Origin: Squalus acanthias | Lineage: Eukaryota | Direction of reading: 5' to 3' | Length of the DNA stretch: 64,000 nt | Assembly (NCBI GenBank): GCA_030390025.1 | Contig: CM059432.1 | Coordinates: 30,258,001 to 30,322,000 of the forward strand | In this document: positions 63,340 to 64,000 of the stretch, in pieces | How the letters are laid out: each line of letters starts with the position of its first letter | Position numbering within the stretch: the first letter of the stretch is position 1 | Notes under the pieces: model-generated | The model's input: only the letters and a program-made list of their open reading frames with translations | Databases searched by the model: none | Told to the model about the DNA's origin: nothing | Made by a program: the position numbers and the translations under genes

Positions 63340-63596
63340 TCACAAGGGTAGTCACTTGGGTGAAATTTGATGTTTAATGTAAAAAAGCCATCAGATGTTA
63401 AGTGTAAATAAAAACTCTGATGGCTACAGCTGCAGTTGTGGCGTCTGTCATTTCGCTAACGGGACTTCCACAATGAGGCCTCAGGATAACTTGCAATTGT
63501 CAGTATGGTGGTCAAATTGTTAGGGATCCGCTGGGTCTGGGCCATTGTCGTAGCTCTGGTAAAAAGCTGCGAAGCAAAAGTGCTTGATTGTCTAGG

Positions 63597-64000
63597 CTAA
63601 GCAAATCTGGCCAAGATGAGTGCGTTCCTTGCATTCCGGGCAGCTATGGTCTCGCGTAATGCTGCCGCTGGTTGATGGGCCTCTGCAAGATGTTCGTTCT
63701 CTCTCTCCTCCTCCTCCTGCACCTCCTCCTCCTCATCTGAGGAGGATATGTGAGGAGCCACTTGGTCCTCCGGCATCTGCAAGCCACGACGCTGTGCCAT
63801 GTTGTGAAGTGCACAGCAAACCACGACAATTCCAGAGACCCTGGCTGCTGAGTATTGCAGGGCTCCACCTGATCTAGCCAGGCATCTGAAGCGCATCTTC
63901 AGCATACCGATGGTTTGCTCGATTATGGATCTGGTGGAAATGTGGCTGGAGTTGTAGCTCTCCTCAGCTGCGTTGGATGGGCTCCTCAATGGTGTCATTA
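63597..64000 (-). CDS. Harbinger C transposase C-terminal part (partial)
   Basis: MTPLR...[19 protein letters not shown]...VVCCALHN, with an acidic tail. Confidence 0.88.
   Translation of the reverse strand, partial: MTPLRSPSNAAEESYNSSHISTRSIIEQTIGMLKMRFRCLARSGGALQYSAARVSGIVVVCCALHNMAQRRGLQMPEDQVAPHISSSDEEEEVQEEEERENEHLAEAHQPAAALRETIAARNARNALILARFA

Larger units (their letters stand above)
61107..64000 (-). mobile_element. Harbinger family C, runs off the window end
   Basis: Left TIR GGGCTGGATTTT. Myb-like gene on plus and transposase C-terminus on minus. Confidence 0.93.

Overview
This is eukaryotic, repeat-saturated DNA, most likely from a shark or other cartilaginous fish. That is inferred from HE1-like V-SINEs, Deu-domain SINEs, CR1 LINEs and Penelope ends. 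I could not support any host protein-coding exon. The window is dominated by PIF/Harbinger DNA transposons. There are seven coding copies from about four families, which I label A-D. They share one layout: a DDE transposase convergent with a 3-exon Myb/SANT-like gene. About ten Harbinger-type MITEs or end fragments are also present. These are nested with CR1, L2 and RTE LINEs, SINEs and three Penelope-like ends that carry hammerhead ribozyme cores. One Harbinger copy (21771-25972) looks fully intact. The main points of interest are: an extended AAAYAC-NNN-GT target consensus; an open-frame 54-bp VNTR in the Myb intron; inward-facing splice donors mostly about 280 bp inside several MITEs; a 104-bp inverted duplication at an RTE 5' junction; and an unidentified 1-kb CpG-rich insert. 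All family names come from reading motifs by eye, not from database searches. I saw nothing that clearly amounts to a new system beyond these transposon-level observations.
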